The position numbers were made by a program, and so were the translations under genes. Below are positions 39,301 to 48,197 of a DNA stretch of 64,000 bases, one piece after another (position 1 is the stretch's first letter; every line of letters starts with the position of its first letter). This DNA is from a virus, in IMG/VR virus record IMGVR_UViG_3300028393_001967. The stretch is one strand, 5' to 3'. The notes below the pieces were generated by a model. That model did no database searches, was not told where the DNA came from, and was given only the letters and a program-made list of their open reading frames with translations.

Positions 39301-41336
39301 AAAAGTTGTTATCATTCCTTTTTATGTTAATGATGTGCTTAACTGCGCAGGCAACTGGATTGTCTGACTTAAAATTTGGGCAAGCACAGATTGCTGACAG
39401 TCAATGGAACGTGCAGGCTTGTACACAAACAACAACTTGTCAAATCTATAGTAAGAATCCAGGTACAGCATATAAAATTCCTTGGACAAATGGACAGTTA
39501 AGTTGGGCAGCAGGCGACTATGTTGCCTTTGCGGCAACAGGCAATAGTGCCAATCCATTTAATGCTGTTCAATATGCAGCCAACGGAACACAAAAAGCAG
39601 TGATGGGAACTGGTCATATTGTTAATATGGGCTCTGACTATTTCTTCTTTGTTGGTAACGACAACAATACCGGTCAGTTGTTTAGTATGACTCAGGGGTT
39701 TAATAATACTAGTGGGGTAACGTGGACTGGAACATTAAATCCTACAGTGGCACAAGTTAATGCATATGCTGCTAATGGTAGTACAACCCCACTAGCCGCT
39801 GGGCAGAGGGCCGCGCCGACACCAGCCCCGCCAGTTAACAATACTACACCAGCAGGAACTATGCCTGGCGGATATATTGGAAGAATATTGAACAATGTTC
39901 CAGGACAAAGTCAGAACTATTCATTTACATATACTCCCGGACAAACAGGTAGCCAATATGTACAATTGGCTTTTAGACAAGATCCTGCCTTTTGGACTGT
40001 GACCAATGTTACACTAACCGCCGGCGGTAGTTCAACTAACTTGCTACAAAATGGAAACTTTGCTACAGGCGGTACAATCACAGCGCAGACTAACAATGGG
40101 CCAATGGATGTCAATACTCCAACATATTGGGGTGTAGCATATCAATCAGGTATATATCCTGGCGCAGCAGGCAGTTGGAGTCCAGGCCAGTGGTATGATG
40201 GTGCTGTAGGAAGTTTTGATGCTATATATCAAGGCGTTAATTTAACTGTGGGCGTTACTTATACCGTAACTGTAACTGTGCGTGGAGATAATACCAGCAA
40301 TAACAATTTAAATGGTGAAGTACAATTAGGCGTTTATGCAGCACCTTGTGGCAGTCTTACACTTAGTCCAGATCAATGTACGCTACCAAGTAATAGTGGT
40401 TACACTACATTAGCAACACCAAGTGAAGGTGCAAGTGCAGGTAACACAGCACCAACACCAACAGGAAGCAGTACATCCAATGTTGTTACATCAAGTTCTA
40501 GTATAGGTAGTACGACTACTATATCAAATCCTTATACATTTGGTAATCAAACGTTTACAGTGACTGGTACTGGTACTCCAACAACAACCACAACATCTAC
40601 GACTCCTGTAACAACTACATACTGGAGTGATGGTACTACAACTATATCAAACGGTACCACTACAACTACTAGTAACACTACTTGGAATTATACAGTCACT
40701 GGTCCAAATACTCCGCCTATGAGTCCAAATGTTGGAACAAATAGAAATAGCGTCTATATTACACAAACTAATGCAGGTGCTAATAACAACATAACAACTA
40801 ACCAAAGCGGGCACGGTAATTATGAAAGTGTTAGCCTAGGTGGGTCCAACAATATTGTTAGGTTAGGACAAGGATATACATTTAGTACTTCAGGTGTTGC
40901 CACTGAATCTAATACTGCCAGTAACCACGATCTATCAACCTTAACAGTATCTGGCAATTTTAACGGAATTATCAACTCTCAAGTGGGTGCTAGTAATAGC
41001 GCCATTATCAGTGCTACAGGAAACTATAATTCATTACTAGCCACTCAAACTGGTAACAACAATCAAGTTTATAGTACAATAAGTGGAAATAATAATTCTT
41101 TATCCTTTGGACAAAATGGAAACAGCAATATTGCCGCCGCAAATTTGTACGGAAATAATAATGTGGCCACAGTTACTCAAACTGGTAATAATCACGGCGT
41201 AGTATTAAGTCTTGTTAATGCAGGTGGAGCCAACAATGTAAGTGTTGTTCAAACTGGCATAGGCGATGCTTATAGTTTGCAACAAATTTGCACAAATCCA
41301 GCAGGTTGTTCAGTTTCAGTAATTAGAAACAAATAA
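39297..41336 (+). CDS. Large secreted protein with Thr-rich linker and C-terminal curlin-like repeats
   Basis: Signal peptide; ATQTGNNN, FGQNGNSN, VTQTGNNH repeats; C-terminal CTNPAGC. Confidence 0.7.
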   Translation: MKKLLSFLFMLMMCLTAQATGLSDLKFGQAQIADSQWNVQACTQTTTCQIYSKNPGTAYKIPWTNGQLSWAAGDYVAFAATGNSANPFNAVQYAANGTQKAVMGTGHIVNMGSDYFFFVGNDNNTGQLFSMTQGFNNTSGVTWTGTLNPTVAQVNAYAANGSTTPLAAGQRAAPTPAPPVNNTTPAGTMPGGYIGRILNNVPGQSQNYSFTYTPGQTGSQYVQLAFRQDPAFWTVTNVTLTAGGSSTNLLQNGNFATGGTITAQTNNGPMDVNTPTYWGVAYQSGIYPGAAGSWSPGQWYDGAVGSFDAIYQGVNLTVGVTYTVTVTVRGDNTSNNNLNGEVQLGVYAAPCGSLTLSPDQCTLPSNSGYTTLATPSEGASAGNTAPTPTGSSTSNVVTSSSSIGSTTTISNPYTFGNQTFTVTGTGTPTTTTTSTTPVTTTYWSDGTTTISNGTTTTTSNTTWNYTVTGPNTPPMSPNVGTNRNSVYITQTNAGANNNITTNQSGHGNYESVSLGGSNNIVRLGQGYTFSTSGVATESNTASNHDLSTLTVSGNFNGIINSQVGASNSAIISATGNYNSLLATQTGNNNQVYSTISGNNNSLSFGQNGNSNIAAANLYGNNNVATVTQTGNNHGVVLSLVNAGGANNVSVVQTGIGDAYSLQQICTNPAGCSVSVIRNK

Positions 41337-41389
41337 AAATCCAACAATAAATATCTGTAGCTATAATAGCAATACATAACGGAGAAAAT

Positions 41390-41971
41390 ATGACAGGAAT
41401 AGATTTGTTAATCAGTGGTAATGCCGAGGCACTAAAGGAAGAAGTTAAAAAGATTAGTTTGGTTAATCAAGCCAAAGAAATGCCCAGTGCTGAATATCGA
41501 GGATACTTGTCTGAAGAAGCAGGGATGGAGCATTATAAATTGTTGGCGTTTATTTCCAGTGCATATGCTGGACAAACAATTTATGAAATTGGTACTGCTA
41601 TGGGAAACAGCTCATTAGCACTAAGTTATAGTCCAACTACAAAAATTATTTCCTATGATATTTTGGATACCAAATGTGTTATTACATTGCCAAAAAATGT
41701 TGAATATAGAATTGGCGATTTTAGATTAGATCCTGAAGTATTGAAGTCACCATTTATTTTTATTGATGTTGATCCGCACGACGGAATCCAAGAACAAGAA
41801 TTCCACGAATTCTTTCTAGATAATAATTATAAAGGTATTGTAATGTGGGATGATATCCTAGCTTGGGGATTAAAAGATTGGTGGCCAACTTTAAATCACC
41901 CATCTGTTACAAAGATTGACATTTCAGCAGCAGGTCATCTTTCTGGTACTGGTTTAACTATCTATAATTAA
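41390..41971 (+). CDS. Class I SAM-dependent methyltransferase-like protein
   Basis: YEIGTAMGNS, IDVDPHDG, WDDI. Confidence 0.7.
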   Translation: MTGIDLLISGNAEALKEEVKKISLVNQAKEMPSAEYRGYLSEEAGMEHYKLLAFISSAYAGQTIYEIGTAMGNSSLALSYSPTTKIISYDILDTKCVITLPKNVEYRIGDFRLDPEVLKSPFIFIDVDPHDGIQEQEFHEFFLDNNYKGIVMWDDILAWGLKDWWPTLNHPSVTKIDISAAGHLSGTGLTIYN

Positions 41972-41973
41972 AA

Positions 41974-42633
41974 ATGGCTAAACCAACCATTGCCCTGTTC
42001 TTGAATCATCCAGAATGTTCTAAAGATTGTGTGGATGGAATGACAGTTGCGTTATCTTCCCATTACAAAATAAAAACTTTTGGGGTAAGCGAGTGTAATC
42101 CTAACACATTTGAAAATGTAGACATTGTAGCATTTCCAGGTGGTATTGGTGATGCCAGCAGTTATGATAAGTTTTTCCGTCGTCGAGCACAAAATGCAGT
42201 TGCAGATTATGTTGCTGACGGTGGACGATATTTAGGAATATGTATGGGGGCTTATTGGGCAGGCTCCCATTATTTTGACTTATTAGACGGTGTAGAACCT
42301 GTACAATATATCAAACGCCCCAACAGTGATATCAAACGCAGTTATAGTACAATCGCACCCGTAACTTGGAATGGTGTTGAAGAAAATATATTCTTTTATG
42401 ATGGTTGTGCATTGATTGGTGACAACAAAAAGTTCGATACCGTAGCCACATATGCCAATGGCGATGCTGCCGCAATTATACAGGGTCGCATAGGACTGAT
42501 TGGGCCTCATCCCGAAAGTCTCAAATATTGGTTTGAAAAGCCGCGTCAATACTTAAATCCCTATTGGCACCAAGGCACACATCATTCACTGTTATTAAAA
42601 TTTGTGGATAAATTGATAAAACAGTATAAATAG
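41974..42633 (+). CDS. BPL-N/class I glutamine-amidotransferase-like protein
   Basis: [18 protein letters not shown]. Confidence 0.85.
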   Translation: MAKPTIALFLNHPECSKDCVDGMTVALSSHYKIKTFGVSECNPNTFENVDIVAFPGGIGDASSYDKFFRRRAQNAVADYVADGGRYLGICMGAYWAGSHYFDLLDGVEPVQYIKRPNSDIKRSYSTIAPVTWNGVEENIFFYDGCALIGDNKKFDTVATYANGDAAAIIQGRIGLIGPHPESLKYWFEKPRQYLNPYWHQGTHHSLLLKFVDKLIKQYK

Positions 42634-42653
42634 TTATCAAGGAGGATCTAGCC

Positions 42654-42812
42654 ATGAAACAAAAGAAATTAGTTTCCAAATTGTACAGGGCTTGTTTCCG
42701 ACACGATGAAGATGCAATTGCCAAACTACGTAAAGAACAGTTTCGCAAGATACTAAAGCACCGCGCCGAAGGCAAATCATTTGATGCAAAATGGACAATA
42801 GTGCAAATTTAA
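42654..42812 (+). CDS. Small basic late protein, 52 aa ([14 protein letters not shown]...), absent from the ORF track
   Basis: TATAAATA at 42625-42632 and RBS AGGAGG. Confidence 0.7.
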   Translation: MKQKKLVSKLYRACFRHDEDAIAKLRKEQFRKILKHRAEGKSFDAKWTIVQI

Positions 42813-42862
42813 CGTAACAGAACTGTAATGTTCTAAAAATGTATAGGGCGATAAATATGGAT

Positions 42863-43657
42863 ATGACAAAAACCAAAACTTATCGCTCTATTTTTGTGAG
42901 TGACGTGCACCTTGGTACCAAAGATTGCCAAGCCGACAAACTCAATAACTTCCTTAAACATAATTCTTGTGATACACTATACCTTGTAGGAGATATAATT
43001 GATGCCTGGAGAATACAACAAAACAAATGGCGCTGGAAACAGAGCCACACTAATGTGGTGCGTCGTGTGCTCGGTCATGCTAAACGTGGCACTCGCGTCG
43101 TGTATATTGCAGGCAATCATGATGAATTCTTGCGTCCAATGATTCCATATGGGTTTAGTTTTGGACTCATTGAAATTCACAACCAAATAGAACATATTGG
43201 TGCCGATGGTAAACATTATCTAGTTACCCACGGTGATCTATTTGATGGTATTACAAGACTAGCACCTTGGCTAGCATTTTTAGGGGACAAGGCATATGAC
43301 ATTATTCTCACTCTTAACAGCAGATTTAATTGGGTGCGCCATCGTTTGGGTTTTGGCTACTGGAGTCTGTCTCAGTATCTTAAGCATCGTGTTAAGAAAG
43401 CCGTGGATTTTATGTTTAAGTTTGAGCTTACTCTTGTTGGATATTGCCGCAAGAGAGGTTTTGATGGTGTCATTTGCGGACATATTCACCACGCTGAAAT
43501 AAAAGAGATTGATGGCATTGCTTATATGAACGACGGTGACTGGGTAGAAAGTTGTACTGCCCTAGTTGAACACCACGACGGCCGTTGGGAGATAATTACA
43601 TGGACTACGGAGAAAGATGATGTGGTTATTGATACTAATAGCAGTACACATAAATAA
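42863..43657 (+). CDS. PlcP-type metallophosphoesterase (phospholipase C; family often annotated UDP-2,3-diacylglucosamine hydrolase)
   Basis: SIFVSDVHLG..CQA, LVGDIID.W, GNHDE, HGDLFD, CGHIH, NDGDWVESCTALVE. Confidence 0.8.
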   Translation: MTKTKTYRSIFVSDVHLGTKDCQADKLNNFLKHNSCDTLYLVGDIIDAWRIQQNKWRWKQSHTNVVRRVLGHAKRGTRVVYIAGNHDEFLRPMIPYGFSFGLIEIHNQIEHIGADGKHYLVTHGDLFDGITRLAPWLAFLGDKAYDIILTLNSRFNWVRHRLGFGYWSLSQYLKHRVKKAVDFMFKFELTLVGYCRKRGFDGVICGHIHHAEIKEIDGIAYMNDGDWVESCTALVEHHDGRWEIITWTTEKDDVVIDTNSSTHK

Positions 43658-43793
43658 TCCATCTGATCAACCAGGTCGAATAGAACTTCAATTTTCAGAC
43701 CAGTTGACTTGCGAACGCAGTCTTAGTACAATAAAATGGAACTTAAAGTTCAAAAATTTTAAAATAGAGGGCTCATGCCAAAAACAATCTTAA
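43617..43793 (+). CDS. Small secreted-like protein, 58 aa, with two Cys; absent from the ORF track
   Basis: MMWLLILIAV...TCE...GSC; RBS GGAG; fills the gap between two genes. Confidence 0.55.
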   Translation: MMWLLILIAVHINNPSDQPGRIELQFSDQLTCERSLSTIKWNLKFKNFKIEGSCQKQS

Positions 43794-44665
43794 TTTTAAC
43801 CAAATTAGATCGTAACGAATACGAATCTAACAAACTAGTAGAAAGTTTTGAATCCAAGGGTATTAATGCTATGATGGCACACCCTGATGATTTTGACATC
43901 ATTGTTGACCGTGATATACACAAGGGTTTAAAATACAAGGGTGAGGATATGGAACTTCCAAGCCTGGCCCTAGTAAGACTGGGTGCTGGCATACTACCAT
44001 TTCAGTTGGCCGTTGTACGTCATTTAGAACAAGCAGGCATTCCTTGTGTTAATGGTAGTGTTGCTATTGAAACAGTTAAAGACAAACTACGCACAAGTCA
44101 AATTCTAAGTCGGCACAGTATTCCCATCCCTAACACTATGATGGTGCGTATGCCTATTGACGACAATCTTGTTAAAGACAACATTGGTTTTCCCTGTGTA
44201 GTCAAAGTTGTTACTGGCAGCTACGGTGAAGGAGTGTACCTTTGTGAGCGACAAAGAGACTACAAAAAACTAATGGAATTTATTGACAATCTAGGTAACA
44301 AGAAAACTATGATTGTACAAGAATATCTAGGAGAACGTGTAGGGGAAGATCTACGAGTACTGGTAATAGGAGGCAAAGTTATTGGTGCTATGAAACGTAC
44401 AGCTCCTGAAGGAGATTTTCGGGCCAACATTACCGGCGGCGGCACTGGGGAAAGTTATCCCGTAACGGAGGAAATTGATTTCCTTGCTAGAGAAACTGCC
44501 AGAGCGCTAAATTTAGATATTGCAGGCATTGATTTGTTGTTTGACAGTAGGGGCTTTAGGGTTTGCGAAGCAAACAGTAATCCTGGGTTCAGTGGTTTTG
44601 AACGTTATTGTGGGGTCAATGTTGCTGACATAATTACAGAATATGTAAAGTTCAAAGTTCAATGA
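43775..44665 (+). CDS. RimK-family ATP-grasp ligase
   Basis: DKLRTSQ.L, VVK...GS.G.GV, VQEY, DLRVLV.G, DFRANI..GG, EANSNPG. Confidence 0.92.
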   Translation: MPKTILILTKLDRNEYESNKLVESFESKGINAMMAHPDDFDIIVDRDIHKGLKYKGEDMELPSLALVRLGAGILPFQLAVVRHLEQAGIPCVNGSVAIETVKDKLRTSQILSRHSIPIPNTMMVRMPIDDNLVKDNIGFPCVVKVVTGSYGEGVYLCERQRDYKKLMEFIDNLGNKKTMIVQEYLGERVGEDLRVLVIGGKVIGAMKRTAPEGDFRANITGGGTGESYPVTEEIDFLARETARALNLDIAGIDLLFDSRGFRVCEANSNPGFSGFERYCGVNVADIITEYVKFKVQ

Positions 44666-45669
44666 AAACAATATTAGTCATCACTGATAACTTACCGGAG
44701 CAAATAAATGGCGTGGTCACGACCTACACGAATATTGAGACACTTGCGGTTTTGGATGGTTATAAGTTTGTGGTGTTGCATCCCGGGTGGTTCCGCTACA
44801 TTGATTGCCCTAAATATCACGAGGTCAAACTTGCCTGGCCACGCCATATGGGGAAGAAGATTAAAGAGATTGCTCCGGATTATATACACATCGCGACAGA
44901 AGGTCCTCTTGGTGTGTGGGCTAGAAAGTATCTTTCATTGGCTGGTATTAGGCACAATACCGCTTATCATACTAAATTTCCTGAAGGTTTAAAAAAGCTG
45001 TTTGGTATCCCTGAAACATTTACTTGGCGTTTTGTTCGTTGGTTTCACAAACATAGTGGTAAAGTATTGACCACCACAGACAGTATGGTTAAAGAATTAG
45101 AAGCACACGGTTTTAAAGGCGAAGTTGTTCCTTGGACACGTGGGGTTGATCGTGAAATCTTTAAACCAGAACTTAGGGAAGATTTTCCTAGCAAATATTT
45201 GTTATGTGTTAGCCGTGTCAGCAAGGAAAAGAATTTAGAAGCGTTCTTGGAATTAGATTATCCTGGCTATCAAAAGATTATGGTAGGTGATGGTCCTATG
45301 TTGGAAACATATAAGAAGCGATATCCTGATGTTACATTTACTGGATTCAAAACTGGAGTGGACCTAGCTCGTTATTATGCCAATGCTGAAGTATTTGTAT
45401 TCCCTAGCAAGTGGGAAACATTTGGTATTGTTATGATTGAAGCAATGGCCTGCGGAACTCCAGTTGCTGCTTATCCCTGTCAAGGTCCAGAAGATGTTGT
45501 TGAGCCTGGCGTTACTGGATTTTTGGAAGAAGATTTGGCCACCGCGGTTTATCGTTGTTTAGGATTGAATAGGGATCGAGTATTACAGGGTAGTCAAATA
45601 TGGTCTTGGCCTCGAGCTTGGGAAATATTTAGAGACAACTTAATAGAAATAAAACCGGCCACAGAATAA
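44662..45669 (+). CDS. GT4 glycosyltransferase (Agt-like glycolipid synthase)
   Basis: TD...Q.NGVV.T, HIATEGPLG, YHT.FPE, RGVD, FPS..ETFG.V..EAMACG. Confidence 0.85.
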   Translation: MKTILVITDNLPEQINGVVTTYTNIETLAVLDGYKFVVLHPGWFRYIDCPKYHEVKLAWPRHMGKKIKEIAPDYIHIATEGPLGVWARKYLSLAGIRHNTAYHTKFPEGLKKLFGIPETFTWRFVRWFHKHSGKVLTTTDSMVKELEAHGFKGEVVPWTRGVDREIFKPELREDFPSKYLLCVSRVSKEKNLEAFLELDYPGYQKIMVGDGPMLETYKKRYPDVTFTGFKTGVDLARYYANAEVFVFPSKWETFGIVMIEAMACGTPVAAYPCQGPEDVVEPGVTGFLEEDLATAVYRCLGLNRDRVLQGSQIWSWPRAWEIFRDNLIEIKPATE

Positions 45670-45725
45670 GATCTTGTATTTGGTAATAGGATCTTATGAT
45701 CCTATTTTTACGACTAAATATTCCT

Positions 45726-46409
45726 ATGAGAGCCAACGAATTTATTATTGAATTGCATTTACCACCCGACGTCGACGAAGGTTGGAAAGACTGGGTAGCA
45801 GGTGCTGCTATGGGTGCGGCTGCATTAGGTGGTGCACAAGATGCTAATGCTAAACAGCCAGCAAAACAACCACAGGCACAACACCAACAAGTGCAAAAAG
45901 TTGCCGCTAAAAAATTACTACCACCACAACAAATGGATCCGGCAACAAATCCAGAAACTCAAAGAATAGCAAATACCATCAATCAACCAGTTGCTGCTAC
46001 ATTGATTAAGACTGCACAGAAAGCAGGCATTGTTGGATCTGAACTAGCACAGATGGTAGCACAGGCAGCACACGAAACTGCCAATTTTACCACAATGCAT
46101 CAGAAGATTAAAAATCCCCACGACCCTTGGGAAATTGGGCGCGGATACTTTCAACTGACACACAAGTTTATGTACAAGGCCGCAAGTCAAGCAATTTTCA
46201 AAGATGATAGATTGATAAAGAATCCTGAACTTGCCGCTGACCCAAAAGTAGCCGCACAAGTGGCAGTATGGTATTGGAAAACGCAAGTCAAAGCACCAGA
46301 TCCTATGGACACAGCAGCAGTAACTAAAAAAATCAACGGTGGCAATACTGGATTACAAGATAGGCACAATAAGTTTGCTGCCATTATGCGTCTAATGAAA
46401 CGAGCATAA
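45726..46409 (+). CDS. GH19 lysozyme/chitinase with capsid-targeting-like N-terminus
   Basis: AQAAHET, GRG.FQLT, NPELAA, WYW, TKKINGG..GLQDR; MRANEFIIE start. Confidence 0.85.
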   Translation: MRANEFIIELHLPPDVDEGWKDWVAGAAMGAAALGGAQDANAKQPAKQPQAQHQQVQKVAAKKLLPPQQMDPATNPETQRIANTINQPVAATLIKTAQKAGIVGSELAQMVAQAAHETANFTTMHQKIKNPHDPWEIGRGYFQLTHKFMYKAASQAIFKDDRLIKNPELAADPKVAAQVAVWYWKTQVKAPDPMDTAAVTKKINGGNTGLQDRHNKFAAIMRLMKRA

Positions 46410-46410
46410 A

Positions 46411-47220
46411 ATGAAAGCAATAGAATTTATTTTTGAAACTCAGGAAGCAATCGAAAAACTTCCATCTGCTGAATATACCGGTGGTAAAAAGTCATTGTAT
46501 GTACCCACACAGTTCAAATCAGATGTCACTAAAGAGTTACCAGGCGGCAGCGGATTCTTATACACTATAGGGCCTGGACATTATGGTACCGATATACAAA
46601 TATGGGATCCCAAAGGACAAGATTATATCAATGCAACAACACCGCCAGTTAAAAAGCCGAGAGAGTCTGATGGTGCTTATAAAGAACGAGTTCAATATTG
46701 GAATAATGCCAACAAACGAGCGTTGAAAACTCCAGGGCAATTGATTGGTAAACTTTTAATTACACCTGCAGATACAAGGACAAGCCATTTCCCATTACCT
46801 AACGCAGTAAGAGTTGATACTATCACAGTTGATGAAGACTATCGCGGTCGAGGAATTGCCAAGGCATTGTATGGCATTGTGTTAACTATCATGAAATTGC
46901 CGCTGGTTGCGGGCAGTATGCAAACACCTGGTGGTCGTAAAAATTGGGTCAGCCTTGCCAGTATACCTGGTGTTGAAATGAAAGGGTATGTAGGTTTAGA
47001 AACTTATGATCTAAATTCTCGTAATATTGATATAGTCATGGGGCAACTGGGCGGCGAACATATTGGCCGGGCCAAAGATGGAGAAGCGTTTTTTGCGTTT
47101 GATGTACGGCCTACAACAACTGGGCAGGAATTAGAAGCCCACGTTAAGACATCCTTATCTAAGATATATGGCAGTGGTCAATATAATTCTGGACTATACG
47201 CAACTTGGAGCGGGGCATGA
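46411..47220 (+). CDS. GNAT-like protein with capsid-targeting-like N-terminus
   Basis: V.EDYRGRGIAKALY acetyl-CoA motif, QTPGGR..W; MKAIEFIFE start. Confidence 0.65.
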   Translation: MKAIEFIFETQEAIEKLPSAEYTGGKKSLYVPTQFKSDVTKELPGGSGFLYTIGPGHYGTDIQIWDPKGQDYINATTPPVKKPRESDGAYKERVQYWNNANKRALKTPGQLIGKLLITPADTRTSHFPLPNAVRVDTITVDEDYRGRGIAKALYGIVLTIMKLPLVAGSMQTPGGRKNWVSLASIPGVEMKGYVGLETYDLNSRNIDIVMGQLGGEHIGRAKDGEAFFAFDVRPTTTGQELEAHVKTSLSKIYGSGQYNSGLYATWSGA

Positions 47221-47624
47221 GAATAAACGAACTATTCACAGGCGGTCACAAATGGCAGTGGGATTACAATAGTCATACGGAAGCCGAGGCCACGTTCGTT
47301 GTAGGTGAAATACAATATAAGTTCTATGCATATACATCTGAACAAGGTGTGTGGGAAGTAGAGTTCAAAGTAATGGAAGGTGGTAATCCGCGTAACAGAT
47401 TTGGTATTACTGGTACCGGTAATGCTGCTATAGTTATGTCCACAGTCACTGATATAATGCGAGAATTTCTGGAAATGCACAAGGGTGATATAACAACACT
47501 TACCTTTACTGCTGATGAAAGTTCTCGTCAAGCATTATATGCTAGAATGGTCAAGCGTTTATTACCATCTTGGACACTTACACAAAAACATAAACAATTT
47601 GTTTTAACTGCTCCGACCGTTTGA
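47217..47624 (+). CDS. Hypothetical protein (MRINELF start)
   Basis: ATGA-coupled; TGTG.A..V..TV...SR..LY motif. Confidence 0.65.
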   Translation: MRINELFTGGHKWQWDYNSHTEAEATFVVGEIQYKFYAYTSEQGVWEVEFKVMEGGNPRNRFGITGTGNAAIVMSTVTDIMREFLEMHKGDITTLTFTADESSRQALYARMVKRLLPSWTLTQKHKQFVLTAPTV

Positions 47625-47645
47625 AGGTCTTTCCAAAATCTTCAT

Positions 47646-48180
47646 TTGCGACCTTGTTGGTTCTACTGTACACTGTATAGACATATACACATAGTACAGC
47701 GAAACACAAGGTTTGCAGGCCAGTTAACTTTCTGCAGGGTAAGCATCTGATGTGTGTGCCGATGCCCAATTCTTTTCGTTCGCAAAAGACTTCTAACTCA
47801 CTACCTCAAGCCACGATTTGAGATGCCTAATAAACGCCAGTCCCACGACTGTTCACGTTTGAGTTGTCGTAAAAAGGTTGTCAAATAGCAATATTAGAAT
47901 AAGGGTGCGTCAGTGCCTTTAGAATTTCAATACATTATATGCGTCCAATGACACGGAGGACGCTTAAAAATCGCCGCAGGTCTGGTAAGGGTCGAGCCAA
48001 ATAATGTGAAGTTTATAAACACCTGCTGTCTAAATGAACGAAAGCAACTCAGATGAGAACCTTCTTTATGGCACCACTAACCTGGTGTCATACTCACTCT
48101 ACAATCTAGATGAATTTAAATTCAGTTCAATAATTGCCCGAGCGTGAGCGATAGGGCGGTTGAACTTGTTCAACCTTTAT
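47646..48180 (+). ncRNA. Candidate ~500-nt structured non-coding RNA (or origin transcript) with its own promoter
   Basis: TTGCGA-17-TACACT at 47646-47674; about 9 hairpins; no credible ORF; terminal hairpin 48158-48175 plus T-rich tail. Confidence 0.5.
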
Positions 48181-48197
48181 TGATACTAAATATTTGT

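Noticed and set aside
47990-48115. RNase P RNA-like words (GCCAAATA, CTAGATGAAT) in the non-coding region
   Set aside because: The universal P4 elements (GAGGAAAGTCC, ACAGAA..CGGCTTA) are absent; there are also no tmRNA-like ends.
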